A stretch of DNA of 64,000 nt. It comes from Octopus vulgaris. Lineage: Eukaryota. Positions 24,972 to 37,384 of the stretch are shown one piece after another (position 1 is the stretch's first letter; every line of letters begins with the position of its first letter). The DNA lies in contig OX597838.1 of assembly GCA_951406725.2 (NCBI GenBank), positions 20,708,001 through 20,772,000 on the forward strand, written 5' to 3'. Made by a program: the position numbers and the translations under genes. The notes under the pieces are model-generated. The model did not search any database and was not told the DNA's origin. It worked only from the letters and a program-made list of their open reading frames with translations.

Positions 24972-25019
<48 letters not shown>

Positions 25020-25370
25020 ATCTTTTACTTGTTTTGGTCATTAGACTGTGGCCATGCTGGGGCACTGCCTTGAAGAACTTTTAGCTGAATGAATCAATCC
25101 AAGGATTTATTTTACTGAAGCTTGGTACTTATTCTATTGGTCTCATTTGCTGAACCACTGAGTTATGGGGATCAAAACAGCAACACCAGTTGACAAGGCT
25201 TCAGTTTCCGTCTACCAAATCCACTCACAAGGCTCCGGTCAGCCCAAGGCGATAAAAACCTTGCCTGAGGTGCCACATAGTGAGACTGAACTCAGAACCA
25301 TGTGGTTGGGAAGCACACCTCTTACCACACAGCCACATCTGCATCTACACACACACACACAAATTGTGTA

Positions 25371-25420
<50 letters not shown>

Positions 25421-26311
25421 ATCTTGTTTACTATCTACTTTTCCATGCTCACATATATTGGGTGGAATTTCTCAAGGAAAATTTTCTAAGGCCAGATGCC
25501 CTTCCTGTCACCAAGCTTCACCTGTTTCGAAGTAAGCGGTAATATTTCACTATAGTCAGACAGGTTTCCACAGAAGATTGGAAACAAATGCGAAACTGGT
25601 GCAGGAAGCAGCCATGAACTCACATTATTTGTCAGGTCTTTGCAGTCACAGCATATCTCCAGAGATTTGGAGATGTGATCCAAATCACATCTGATCATTT
25701 AATGTCTATGTTGGCATAGGCTGAAGTCTAACACAATGATATACAACTACATTATCGCATAGCCTAGTGTCTGGTTTGGCATGGTTTCTTTTGTTGGATG
25801 TTTCAATTCCTAGACCGGGTGGTGCATTGTGTTCTTGAGCAAAATACTTCATCTCGTGTTGCTCTACAATCACTGACATCTAATGTGTGGTATACATTGC
25901 ACCTGTTCAGACAATGTTGATTTGATGAAGAGAGTGAGCTAATGTGTAGCACAAACATTTGATCGCTATAAGTCGTTTGGTAAAAGTTGAACACTCATAT
26001 ATTGTCTTTGACAAGAGAGCCCGTCATATTTTAACCAATGGACAGAGAATATCAATTATCTATCAAGTTGCTTTGTCAATTAGTAAAAGGAAAAAAAAAT
26101 GGCAACTTGAGTATTAAGTAACATTTATTACATTTCTTCACAAATGTTTGAACTATTCTCAAATGCCAGATAATGTGGTTGCTACATAAATGCTTTTGAT
26201 TGTAGGAATGTCAACCGTGTCAAAGTTGATTCAGGACTAAACAACAATCCAATTTTTGTAATAAATAAAATATAAAAATGAAGGCTAAATGAAGTAGAGA
26301 AAAATTCATAC

Positions 26312-26381
26312 TTTTATTTTCAGTTCCATCCAGACTAAGCAAAAATTCATCAACAGCAGTTTGATCTTTCTCGTCCATATG
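26312..26381 (-). CDS. ENO: Enolase exon (70 nt)
   Basis: HMDEKDQTAVDEFLLSLDGTENK; AG and GTATGA boundaries. Confidence 0.94.
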
Positions 26382-28006
26382 CTAAAAGAAAAACAATCAA
26401 GTCCTTAATGAGTTGTGTCAAATAGAAAAGACATGTCATGATAAAAACTGAATCTTCAATATGAATAGAATAAAAAAAAAAAAGGTTTTGTAGAGTTAGG
26501 GTAAAATCATGATGGCATGGGTTAGATGGTTTGACAGGATATCAACAAGCAACAGACTATGTTGATCTCCAATGTCAGTTTTGGAATAGTTTCTACAATT
26601 GTATGGAATGGAGAAGTGGCTTTATGTCAAATATTGAGAGGCCAAAGTATGATAGAGGAACAAAAGTCACTCTCATAGCCTAGTGGTTACAGCGTTGCAC
26701 TTACAATCGCTAGATTGAGGTTTCAATTCCTAGACCGGGTGGTGCATTGTGGTTTGAAGAACTAGACAAAATAGCTATTTCTTTACTACCCACAAGGGGC
26801 TAAAAACAGAAGGGACAAACAAGGACAGACAAACGGATTAAGTCGATTATATCGACCCCAGTGCGTAACTGGTACTTATTTAATCGACCCCGAAAGGATG
26901 AAAGGCAAAGTCGACCTCGGCGGAATTTGAACTCAGAACGTAACGGCAGACGAAATACCTATTTCTATTTCTTTACTACCCACAAGGGGCTAAACACAGA
27001 AGGGACAAACAAGGACAGACAAAGGGATTAAGTCGATTATATTGACCCCAGTGCATAACTGGTACTTATTTAATCGACCCCGAAAGGATGAAAGGCAAAG
27101 TCGACCTCGGCAGAATTTGAACTCAGAACGTAACGGCAGACGAAATACCGTTAAGCATTTCGCCCGACGTGCTAACGTTTCTGTCAGATCGCCACCTTAC
27201 TTAATTTTATTTACTTCAAAAGGATCAAAGGCAAAGTTAACCTCAGTGGTATTTGAAATCAGAAGACAAAGGGCTGGAAGAAGTGCTGTTTGTTAGATAC
27301 ATTAAGGATTCAGCCAGCTCACTGCCATAACCCTTTAGTATTCAGATTAATTTATCAAATATAATGCTTATTCATCCACATTTAAAAAAAAATTGATCAT
27401 ATATTGCCTTGTAGCATCAAGATTTTGAAGATATGATTGTTTATTTTTAGAATGACATGAGTGGTTGGATCTGGCCAGGTTTGACATAAAACTTGAAGAA
27501 TATTGAGGCCAGATATGGCTGGTTTAAATGCTAAATAATCTTTCCTACTGTAGGCACAAGGCCTGAAATTTTGTGGGGAAGAGGGGACAATCGATCGCTT
27601 CAATCCCAGTACATAGCTGATAATTTATAAACCCTGAAAGGATGAAAGGCAAAGCTGACCTTGGCGGAATTTGAACTCAGAACGTAAAGACATGAAATGT
27701 TGCAAAGCATTTGGCCCAGCGTGCTAACAATTCTGCCAGCTTGCCACCTTAGTAATAATAACAACAACAATCCTTTCTATTAAAGGCAAAAGGCCTGAAA
27801 TCTGGGGTGAGGGGTCTAGTTGATTAAGTACCAGTGCTTAACTGATATTTTATCAACCCTGAAAGGATGAAAGGTAAAGTTGACCTCAGCGGAATTTGAA
27901 CTCAGAATGCAGCGATGAGCAAAATACTGCTAAGCACTTAACCAGGTGTGCCTATGATTCTGCCAGCATGTCTTAATAATAATAATATTCAATACAGAAA
28001 GATTAC

Positions 28007-28065
28007 CTTGCCCGGAAGTTCTTTTGCAATGATTTTATTCACATTGTCAACGGCTTTAAAAACAC
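28007..28065 (-). CDS. ENO: Enolase exon (59 nt)
   Basis: VFKAVDNVNKIIAKELPGK; AG and GTAATC boundaries; phases fit both neighbours. Confidence 0.93.
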
Positions 28066-28185
28066 CTAAGAGAAAAACAGAAGAGATAATTTTGTTAGAG
28101 AGAAAAAATATATATAAACCAAATTTCTAATAAATTCTCAAACACTTATATTTTGAAATAGAGAAATATCAAACGAAAACACTTA

Positions 28186-28395
<210 letters not shown>

Positions 28396-28946
28396 CTATA
28401 GAAGAAAAATATTTATATATCATATAAAGTTGATTGCTTTCCATCACCTCTTACTAAATTTGGGGATTGCTGATTCAGCAAGAAACTTGAAGTAATGCAA
28501 CAAGTCAATTTTAATCTTTAACAATTACATGCATACACACATAATACATGAGAATACATACATAAAACATACAAATCTGCACATACATACATATAAAAAA
28601 ATACCCTGTTGTTGATGTTGAGATTCCAATGAAGGTGCCTTGGATCTAGGTTAGAAACTGGTTCTTTCTCTATTGGCAAGAAATCTTGAAATAAACTGAA
28701 TAATGACATGCACACATATACAAATTCATATAGGTGTACATATACACAAGCACACACAGTTTTACTTAAGATACTCCATACCATTTTCTTCCATTTTGTA
28801 AATGTACACAACATTCATGTATAGGGAAATGTTTCGTAAATCCCAACTTACACAGCATTCAAGTATTTACAGCATCAACGTTTATATAGTCGCAGTATAT
28901 GTAAATGCAAAGTCAGTTTTAAATCAAAAGAAGGAATATTACCAAC

Positions 28947-29031
28947 CTTTGTCAGTCCACAAATCAACTTCAACCGTGGGGTTACCACGGCTATCAAAGA
29001 TTTGGCGACCATGAATCTTTTTGATAACCAT
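28947..29031 (-). CDS. ENO: Enolase exon with the canonical start Met (exon begins at acceptor 29047)
   Basis: [28 protein letters not shown], the DSRGNPTVE enolase N-terminus. A ttcag acceptor lies 16 nt upstream of the ATG; GT donor at 28946. Confidence 0.96.
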
Positions 29032-29831
29032 ACTTGCAGATTTATAACTGAAATTAGAAAAACAAAAGACAAAATTTCATTAATGTCATCGAGACAATTA
29101 TTTCTGGAAACAAACAGTTCTACTCTTAAATGATGTGCCCTAGAGCCACTCATTGTACTCATCTCCATGATACAGAATAGAAAAATATTTAAAATTGTTT
29201 TAACCAAACTCTTCCTAATGAAGAATACCAACTTGTCACTACTTTGGACAAAAACAACATTAATGACCACCAAACTCTTGAGCTAATAAAGAAGTGCCAA
29301 TGTATTTGATCGACCTGTGAGAAATAACTATCACATTCCCTCAAATTATATACACCTTAAAAAATTTACCCCACCACTCCAGAATAGATAAGGTTTCTGA
29401 TATATAAAAACTGGTCGTAACTGGAATATCTTGATCAATGGTCAGATCAAAAAGGGCTGAACTACAGTATCTGAACTGCACATACTTGGTACATCTTCCC
29501 CTAAACTATCCCCTTTACTACACACAGCTCACCCATTTTGCATACATGCGTGCCTTGTATGAATATACTTCTGATTGCTTTAAACCAATGCTGATGGCTT
29601 CAACAAAATCCCTTCTATTATACTACTCAAACACTATAGCCCAGAGTTAGCCCCCTATACTCAGCAAACTCTTTAATCTTTCCCTCATTACAGGTATAAC
29701 ATGTTATAGTGTGTCCATATCCAGTGCTTTGCCTGCACTGCCAATATCTTGAATGGAATAGGGGCAGACAGCTAGGAACAATTTTCTCATCAAACTGAAC
29801 CTGATTTTACAATACAAACTACTTGTTTTAA

Positions 29832-30058
29832 CCCAGTAAGTCCCAGGGTACTTAAATTTCTGAATATCACTTTAAAATTTTTACAGATGATTAAAAATAG
29901 GTTAAAATGAAAAAAATAAATAATTATTAAAACTCCTTTACTTCAAGTAGAAATGGAAATACTCGGTGTCCTATAAATAAGATACTAAGATAATGTGATA
30001 TAGTTTATTTTATGTTCTCATCTAGTGTCCTATTTATAGGACAATGGGACTTAATGGG
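29832..30058. mobile_element. Second piggyBac-type MITE family
   Basis: TTAA|CCCAGTAAGTCCCA ... TGGGACTTAATGGG|TTAA. Confidence 0.75.
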
Positions 30059-32049
30059 TTAAAGTAGTCTAATTAAAACCTTCCATAAAAATTTCAGCTT
30101 AATAACAATGCTATTTGATTAAATAATTTTTTTTAAAATTGACAGAAAGAAAGGCAGTATATTTCATTAAAAATATGGTAATGAAAAGGTTAATGTTCTC
30201 CAACATTCTAAATGTCTCTCTCTCCTAAAAGACCATCAGAATGGCTCCCACAAAGCCAGATCTACTGGGAGTCTAATCTCCTAAGTCACCAACAAATGAG
30301 ATCTTGTCTTGGAGAAATTTGGTGAAAATAAAGTTGTTACTCATCAACATTAGCAAAGCTTTTGACCATATTGGACAATATAGTATTACATACACTACAT
30401 TAGGAAATAAAAGACAGGGTGGTCATGACTAGGTCTGTTGCTTAGTCTCTGGGCTGAAAAGGAGGTAAACAACAAAAACACTCCGTAGGTCCCCATTTCT
30501 TCTTAGTTACCTCCATATATTTTAGGTCTTTTTCAGCAAAGGTAAATTTTTTAATATTTTTTGCATATGTGAAACAGTTTGCCCCAGTTAAAGAGGATGT
30601 TGTGGCAAAACACAGAATGCTATGTTATTTACCATGAAAGAACCTCTCATATGGACTTGCAGTGCATAAAAGCACTCCTGTCTTTATCATTGGCAGGTGA
30701 TAATCATCAGCTATGGCTGCTGGAACTGCCAGATCACATGATTTTGGCCTTGCTTGACCTTGTCAGTGAAAGACATCCACAGCTAGTCATAGCAGCTGAC
30801 TCCCCCACCCGCAGTGATATAAATAGAATTTGTCTATTCAGGCACTTGTGTTGCAAATAGCCAATTAAGCAATTTGCATTGTTAATCAAGCCTTTACTAC
30901 CAACATAAGTCTTTTGCTTTTTATCATATCTTACTATTTTTTTTTGTTTAATAGATACTCCATAGATACCAACTGCTAGTTTTACAACACAAGGTTTCAA
31001 ATTTTGAAGTGGTTTCAATATTTAACTTAACCCTTTAGTGTTCACATTATTCTGCCAAAATTAATCCTTTTTTATCCACATTGCCTTGAACTAATTACAG
31101 GCATTAAGATCTTGAAGATATGAGATTTTGATGAGGTAGCTGTTAATTTTTAAATCAATAATCAATAAGCATTATGTTTGATTGAATAATCTGAACACTA
31201 ATGAACTCCATAGATACCAACTGCTAGTTTGAACATAAAACAGGCAGAATACTTTTGGCCGGATATGGCCGGTTTAAATGCTAAAGGGTTAAATATAATT
31301 TCAAGAAACTTAAAATATATTTCAAGTAACAATGAAAAAGTTATTTCATTAAATCTTTTCAAATTCTTGATAATTTTCTAAGTTAAGTGAAAACATGGAC
31401 ATTAAGTTTATGCAATGGGCTAAAGATGTGGCCAATAATTTTATTCTTGTCTTAGATATCTTAAGTAAAATAAAAGTTGACCTGGGGCTAAACAACAATA
31501 CAGGTCTTTTTTGGGGCGGGGGTGGGGGTGCTTTGCATCTATTATCTCATATCAAAGACTGACCATCTTTAATGTGGATGCATCGTTTCCCTAACAGTAG
31601 TGAAGGTGATAAGACTTCTTCCAAATTACAACTGACCAAAGGTGTAAATTCATAAAATCTGTAACGAGCATGTTAGTTACCTTTCAATGATACATATGCT
31701 ATAATTCTACATTTTCTCATGGAGTCATTTTGTCTGGAGACAGGTAAATGCGTTGAATTACATTTATTACCAACATCATTAAATAATTTTTATGAATTTT
31801 AGTATTAAAAAAAACACACACACACCTGATTAAATATAACTTCAGTCTACACAAATAACAAATACTAGTAAATTTTTGCAGTCTTTTTTTTTTTTTTTTA
31901 AACAAAATTGTACTGCATGAATTCTAAAAGTCGGTGAATAGATTAAGTACAAATTGAAAAGCAACTACTACTATATTTAAGCTGAAGCATGCCAAGGAAA
32001 GGATTTTGATTAAGATATTTTCTCAAACTCAGATATATTTATATTTACA

Positions 32050-32545
32050 TTCTGAAGCAGGAACAGCTGAGTAATCCCTTACTGATGCAGGTGCAGTCCA
32101 CAGCAGCCCCGTACTGAGGCAGGTGCAGCCCCGCACTGAGGCAGGTACAGCCCCGCACTGAGGCAGGTACAGCCCTGGACTGAGGCAGGTGCAGCCCCAT
32201 ACTGAAGCAGGAGCAAACTATGGCAGCCATATAAAGCAGATGCAGCTCATAGTAGCTCCATACTGAGGTAGGATTAGCCCACAACAGCTCCACACTGAGG
32301 CAGGGGTAGCCCACTGCAGACCCATACAGAAACAGAAGAAAAAAATACAGCAACCCCAAACTGAAGCAGGAGCCATACACAAAGCAGGTGCAGCTCACAG
32401 CAGCTCCATATGAGGGAGGAGCAGTCCACTGTAACACCTTACTGATGGAGGGGCAGCCCACAGCAGCCTCTTACCAAAATAGCTTGTAGAAATCCCTTAT
32501 CAAAGCAAATACAGTTTGTAGCTATCCCTTACTGAAGCAGGCACA
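32050..32545. repeat. Degenerate 21-bp minisatellite ACTGAGGCAGGTGCAGCCCCR
   Basis: Tandem units with conserved ACTGA(G/A)GCAGG; the source of the 32045-32461 ORF. Confidence 0.8.
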
Positions 32546-34207
32546 CCTAGCAGTAGGTAAACCTAATTTGCATTAGTTACTAGTTTATGCTAATATTGTA
32601 ATATTAATCCCATTCTGAACAATTTTATCATCAGCCTCACAATTCTGATTCAAGAAATTATGATTGTTTCAAATTATAATTCTGTATGGCAAAGGTTAGA
32701 ATTAAAATACAGTGCAGTGGGGGTCAATAAATGTTAACTAAGAAAACAGTTAAGAGAAAAGGATCATTGTTTCAATGATGAAGTTTGCAGAAGGAAAGCA
32801 AAGAAGACAATCCAGATGTAGCCATCAAATCGCAACCAACTCTTTTGGAAAACGAAAAATGTACCTAGTGGTTGGGAAGGGCATCCAACCATAGAAACTG
32901 TGCTAAAAGTAGATCATTCAAATCAGATGTGGTCCTTTAACCTGTCTAGGCATGCAGTAAATCTGGATATGATCTATCTGACCAATATCACTATGGAAAG
33001 CAAACAAAATATGATGATGGTTATGTATATAATATACATTAGTAATTGACTAATATTTTCTCACCAGAAAATAATTTAGCTGGCATTTTCTTAATGTCCC
33101 ATGCATTAAATATGTTCACAGGGATTTACTCCTCATCCATCATAAATTTAGAATCAGAGAAATAATGAAATTTAGGAGCAATTCCTCGATCCTTTGTCAT
33201 AATCTCATCAAAGAGAAGAAACCTTCAAATTTTGGCATAAAGCCAGCCATTTCTAGGAAGGGGGATAACTCCATAAAATTCAACACCAGTGTGCAATTGG
33301 TATTTAGTGAAGCGACGATGGTTGTGCCGTTGTAGTGGTGTAATTCTGGTGATGTAGTTTTGGTTGTGTGAGGTATATAAATGAGATACAAAGATGGTTT
33401 TGGTGAATAAAACAATGGTAGCTTGAAATAAGATGGTAGTGGTAACCGATCTCTAATCAAACCAAAGAAACTAAGTACCCATTTTTTTTTTTTTTTCCCC
33501 ATTGCTAATACTATTTATCATTTCTAACTCCTGACAGAAATGTCTTTTTTATTTTTTTTTTTTTGGCACTCGTGACGAGAAATTTGAACATACGAAGCAC
33601 AAAACTGGAACAGACAACACAGAATATCCTGTACAATAGTCTAACAGTTCTTGACAGTTAATTACCTCGGGCATAAGCTTTATCAACCCTTTGAAAAGAT
33701 GAAAGGCAAAAATCGACTTGGCCAGTATTTGGACTCAAGAGTGCAGACAGACATTCAGGACAAACACTGCAAAATATTCAACATTATGCTTTAACAACTA
33801 ACAAGTGAGGACGATGGTAACACTTGCTTATAAGTATCACATGATACTTATATCAGGCGACGAGCTGGCAGAAACGTTAGCACGCCGGGCGAAATGCGTA
33901 GCCGTATTTCGTCTGCTGTTACGTTCTGGGTTCAAATTCCGCCGAGGTCGACTTTGCCTTTCATCCTTTCGGGGGTCGATAAATTAAGTACCAGTTATGC
34001 ACTGGGGGTCGATGCAAGCGACTTAATCCGTTTGTCTGTCCTTGTTTGTCCCCTCTGTGTTTAGCTCCTTGTGGGCAGCAAAGAAATATATAAGCATCAC
34101 ATGATGTCAAGATGAGGAAACAGTCAGTCAGATACATACACACACACACACACTCGATAGGCTTCTTTCAATTTCTGTCAACCAAATCCATCTACAAGGC
34201 TTTAGTC

Positions 34208-34408
34208 CAGTGGTTTTCAACCAGGGTTCCGCTAGTACAGTCCAGGGGTTCCGCAAGAAGTTACAAAACTGCTAAAACCGGCAGTAATTTTTAATTCTCC
34301 TGTGCAGATATGTGTGCATAAAACTATTAAATTATTGCACAGGGGTTCCTCGAGCCAGTGGAATGTTTCCTTGGGGTTCCGCTCCAGCAAAATCTTTGAA
34401 AAGCACTG
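34208..34408. mobile_element. hAT-type MITE inserted in a family B SINE
   Basis: TIRs CAGTGGTTTTCAA / TTGAAAAGCACTG with a perfect 8-bp TSD CTTTAGTC (34200-34207 and 34409-34416). Confidence 0.9.
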
Positions 34409-37295
34409 CTTTAGTCAGTCTGAGGTAATAGTAGATGGTACTCGTTTAAGATACCATGCAGTAGGAATGAACCTGAAATCATGTGGTTAGGAGACAAAAC
34501 TTCTTACCACAGACATATCTGCACACACATGCACACAACCAACAACTTGGAATCTACAGAAAAGACTTTCAATGTTATAGGAATGCTGTTGCATCTCTGA
34601 AAAACTTACAAATTCATGATGACCCTCATAACCACCCTTTCTAACTTTTGGATACAGTTAGGTGTTGTGAAGACAGATTTTTTTTTTCATGTGCCTGTAT
34701 TAGAATATCAAGAAATAGTGTAAATGAGAAGTATCAACAGCTTAAAAATATTAATATAATAAATGAAATCTATATCTGGAATCGATTTTTGTAATTTTTT
34801 CAAGACTTATACACGCCCTAATACCGTCAGTATTTACATATCAAATTTAAGTGCAATTGGATGGAGGATGCCCGAGGTCCTAGAAGACCCATACACACAC
34901 ACACACACACAGAATGGATTATATATATATATATATAAAGAAAACATATGTAAGACTTAGTTAATGTTGTCAAGTAGGACAGCCTTGCTAAACTAGGCCA
35001 TTGACCAAAGACATTACAGTCATGGCTATCCGTTCTTTTTATATATCCAAGACTTCTTTAGCTTAGATGCATTTTTTTTTTTTTACAATGGTAGGTCTGA
35101 TTAAAGAGAAATTTAGCTACTGTTTCTAGCAGGTCAAGTAACCATGTAAAGGGTTCCTTGATGGCTTGGTAGTTAATGTAGTTGCTGACCAAGGAAACAT
35201 TTCAAGCCAACTGATATGCGATATGTGTATGTATGTATGTGTACACTTTCATAAATATCCCACATTATCTTGTACCGACTAAGGATTATTGCTGAGATGT
35301 ATGAAACTATTGGTAACCATTGTATGAAATGCATAACACATACACACATACATACATACTATTATATAATTACATGGTGTCATCAACATTTATATATTCT
35401 TTTACTCGTTTCAGTCATTTGACTGTGGCCATGCTGGAGCACTGCCTTTGGTCGAACAAATTGACTCCAGGAATTATTCTATCAGTCTCTTTTGCTGAAC
35501 TGCTACATTACGGGGACATAAACACACCAGCATTGGTTGTCAAGCGATGTTGGGGGGGACAAACACAGACACACACATGATGGGCTTCTTTCAGTTTCTG
35601 TCTACCAAATCCACTCACAAGGCTTTGGTCGGCCTGAAGCTATAGTAGAAGACACTTGCCTAAGGTGCCACGCAGTGGGACTGAACCCAGAACCATGTGG
35701 TTGGTAAGCCAGCTACTTACCACACAGCGCGGTCATTAGCCTCAAATCGCCAGGCCTGGTCGGCGTTTGTGAGAGATGCAGCACTGAGGATGAATGAAGC
35801 CAGCTCAACCCACCCCGGGTGAATGCTGTCAAGTCAAGTCAGTCAGTCATACAGTCAGTACTGTGCCTATATATTAATTATTTAAGGTTACTTTAATTAA
35901 AAAGTAATTAAAATTTCAAAACCCATTGGTGACTTTTGAACTACTTTACATTTGGCTTATTTGTAGTTCTAAACTATATACCTTTCACCTAATTAGTTTT
36001 TTTTTTCCAGGGCAGAATAGAATTTTTGGTGCTGCTTTAGCATGTGGTCCACTGCAATGCCTGTAATTTATGCTGAGATGACCAGGTCTAGTTAAGTATT
36101 AGGGTTAACGTTTAGGTTTGGGTTAGACTGCACACTAACATGTAAATCATGTAAATGGCCAAGATGCTAAGGAGGCATTTTTTTTGTTTTTGTAGACCTA
36201 ACTCAGTCACAACCACAAAGTTGTGTCACACATCACACTAGCTCTCCACCTCAAACCTATATTAACGACCACTAATAGCACTGCTCATTGTATACATCTA
36301 TCTGCATAGTGGTTCTCAACCGTCTTTCACCTATGAATCCCTTTGATTCTTATTTTACTTGATTGGACATCCATTGCCACTTGATGTATGTATATATAAA
36401 TCTTACTACATAATTAAATATCATTAAGAATTCTATAAAAAGAGTAAAGTATTTTGTGTATTGTGGAAGTATAACCAATTTATTGTACATAGATTTGAAC
36501 AAAATCTTATGAGGGCCCCCAAGGCTCTGATGGACCTTGATCGAGGACCACTTATTCATGCACCCCAGCTAATTATTCGTTACGCCAGCAACATTCTGGA
36601 ATTTACTGCAGATAATATTGCAGTTATTGGAGCATAATAAATGCAATTATTATCTGCAGTAAATTCTAGAACTTTGCAAGTTCATATCCCGTCTAGGCCG
36701 ACTTTGCCTTTCATTTTTTCAGGGTCGATAAATAAGTGTCAGTTGAGCAGTAGGGTTGCTGTCGTCGACTGTCATATACCCCAGAAATTGCTGGTTTTGT
36801 GCCAACATTTGAAACCAACATTGCAGTCAGAAATTCACCAAAGTCACGTATAACCAAGGTGCACTAAAAGCCATCAAGGGGTTTGAAATTTCAATGACCT
36901 TTCACTAACCTTAACCAATCTACTAGGAAAAAAAAAAAAATTTGAAAGAAATCAATAACCCAAAATACTATTGATGTACTAACTGAATATCGATGCTTGC
37001 TATTATCGAATTACATTTTGTAAGTTATATTATTTATAATGAATAAAATATTTACAACCAGAAATATGCCTTTTTATTTTAGCCCCTTGGTGATTTTTTT
37101 GGGGTCACACACCTATACTTTTAATGAAAAATAAATTAAGAAAGATATTTTTTTAAAAAATCGTTTCCATTCGTACGGAGTAATAAATTCGTTAAAAAAA
37201 ATGCAAGCATACAAATTTGTAAAAAACCAAAACGGTAAAATATATATATATATATATATATAAATGATCAGAAAAGTGCTTCGTTAGATGTTCAC

Positions 37296-37384
37296 CTTAA
37301 ACGACGCCGCCGCCGCAACACAATATCAAGGTCAAGGATGAAGTTGAAGGCTGTTCGCGATCTGAAGGTCATTACAGCTTGCAT
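37296..37384 (-). CDS. ENO: Putative enolase first exon carrying an in-frame upstream ATG (N-terminal extension)
   Basis: CpG-richer unique segment ending in a donor AAG|GTGAAC. Splicing to 29047 gives [40 protein letters not shown] with no stop. The exon call is an inference. Confidence 0.5.

Larger units (their letters stand above)
23985..24977 (+). mobile_element. Penelope-like/retrozyme-like tandem direct repeat (about 460 nt x2, 75-nt spacer)
   Basis: 23985-24444 and 24520-24977 are identical apart from a 2-nt indel, each carries a hammerhead, and the unit ends in (TA)n. Confidence 0.7.

Noticed and set aside
32570-32640. Minus-strand CTGATGA followed by a hairpin and an ACTAGT palindrome (possible hammerhead)
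   Set aside because: No GAAA, and stems I and II do not close around the core.
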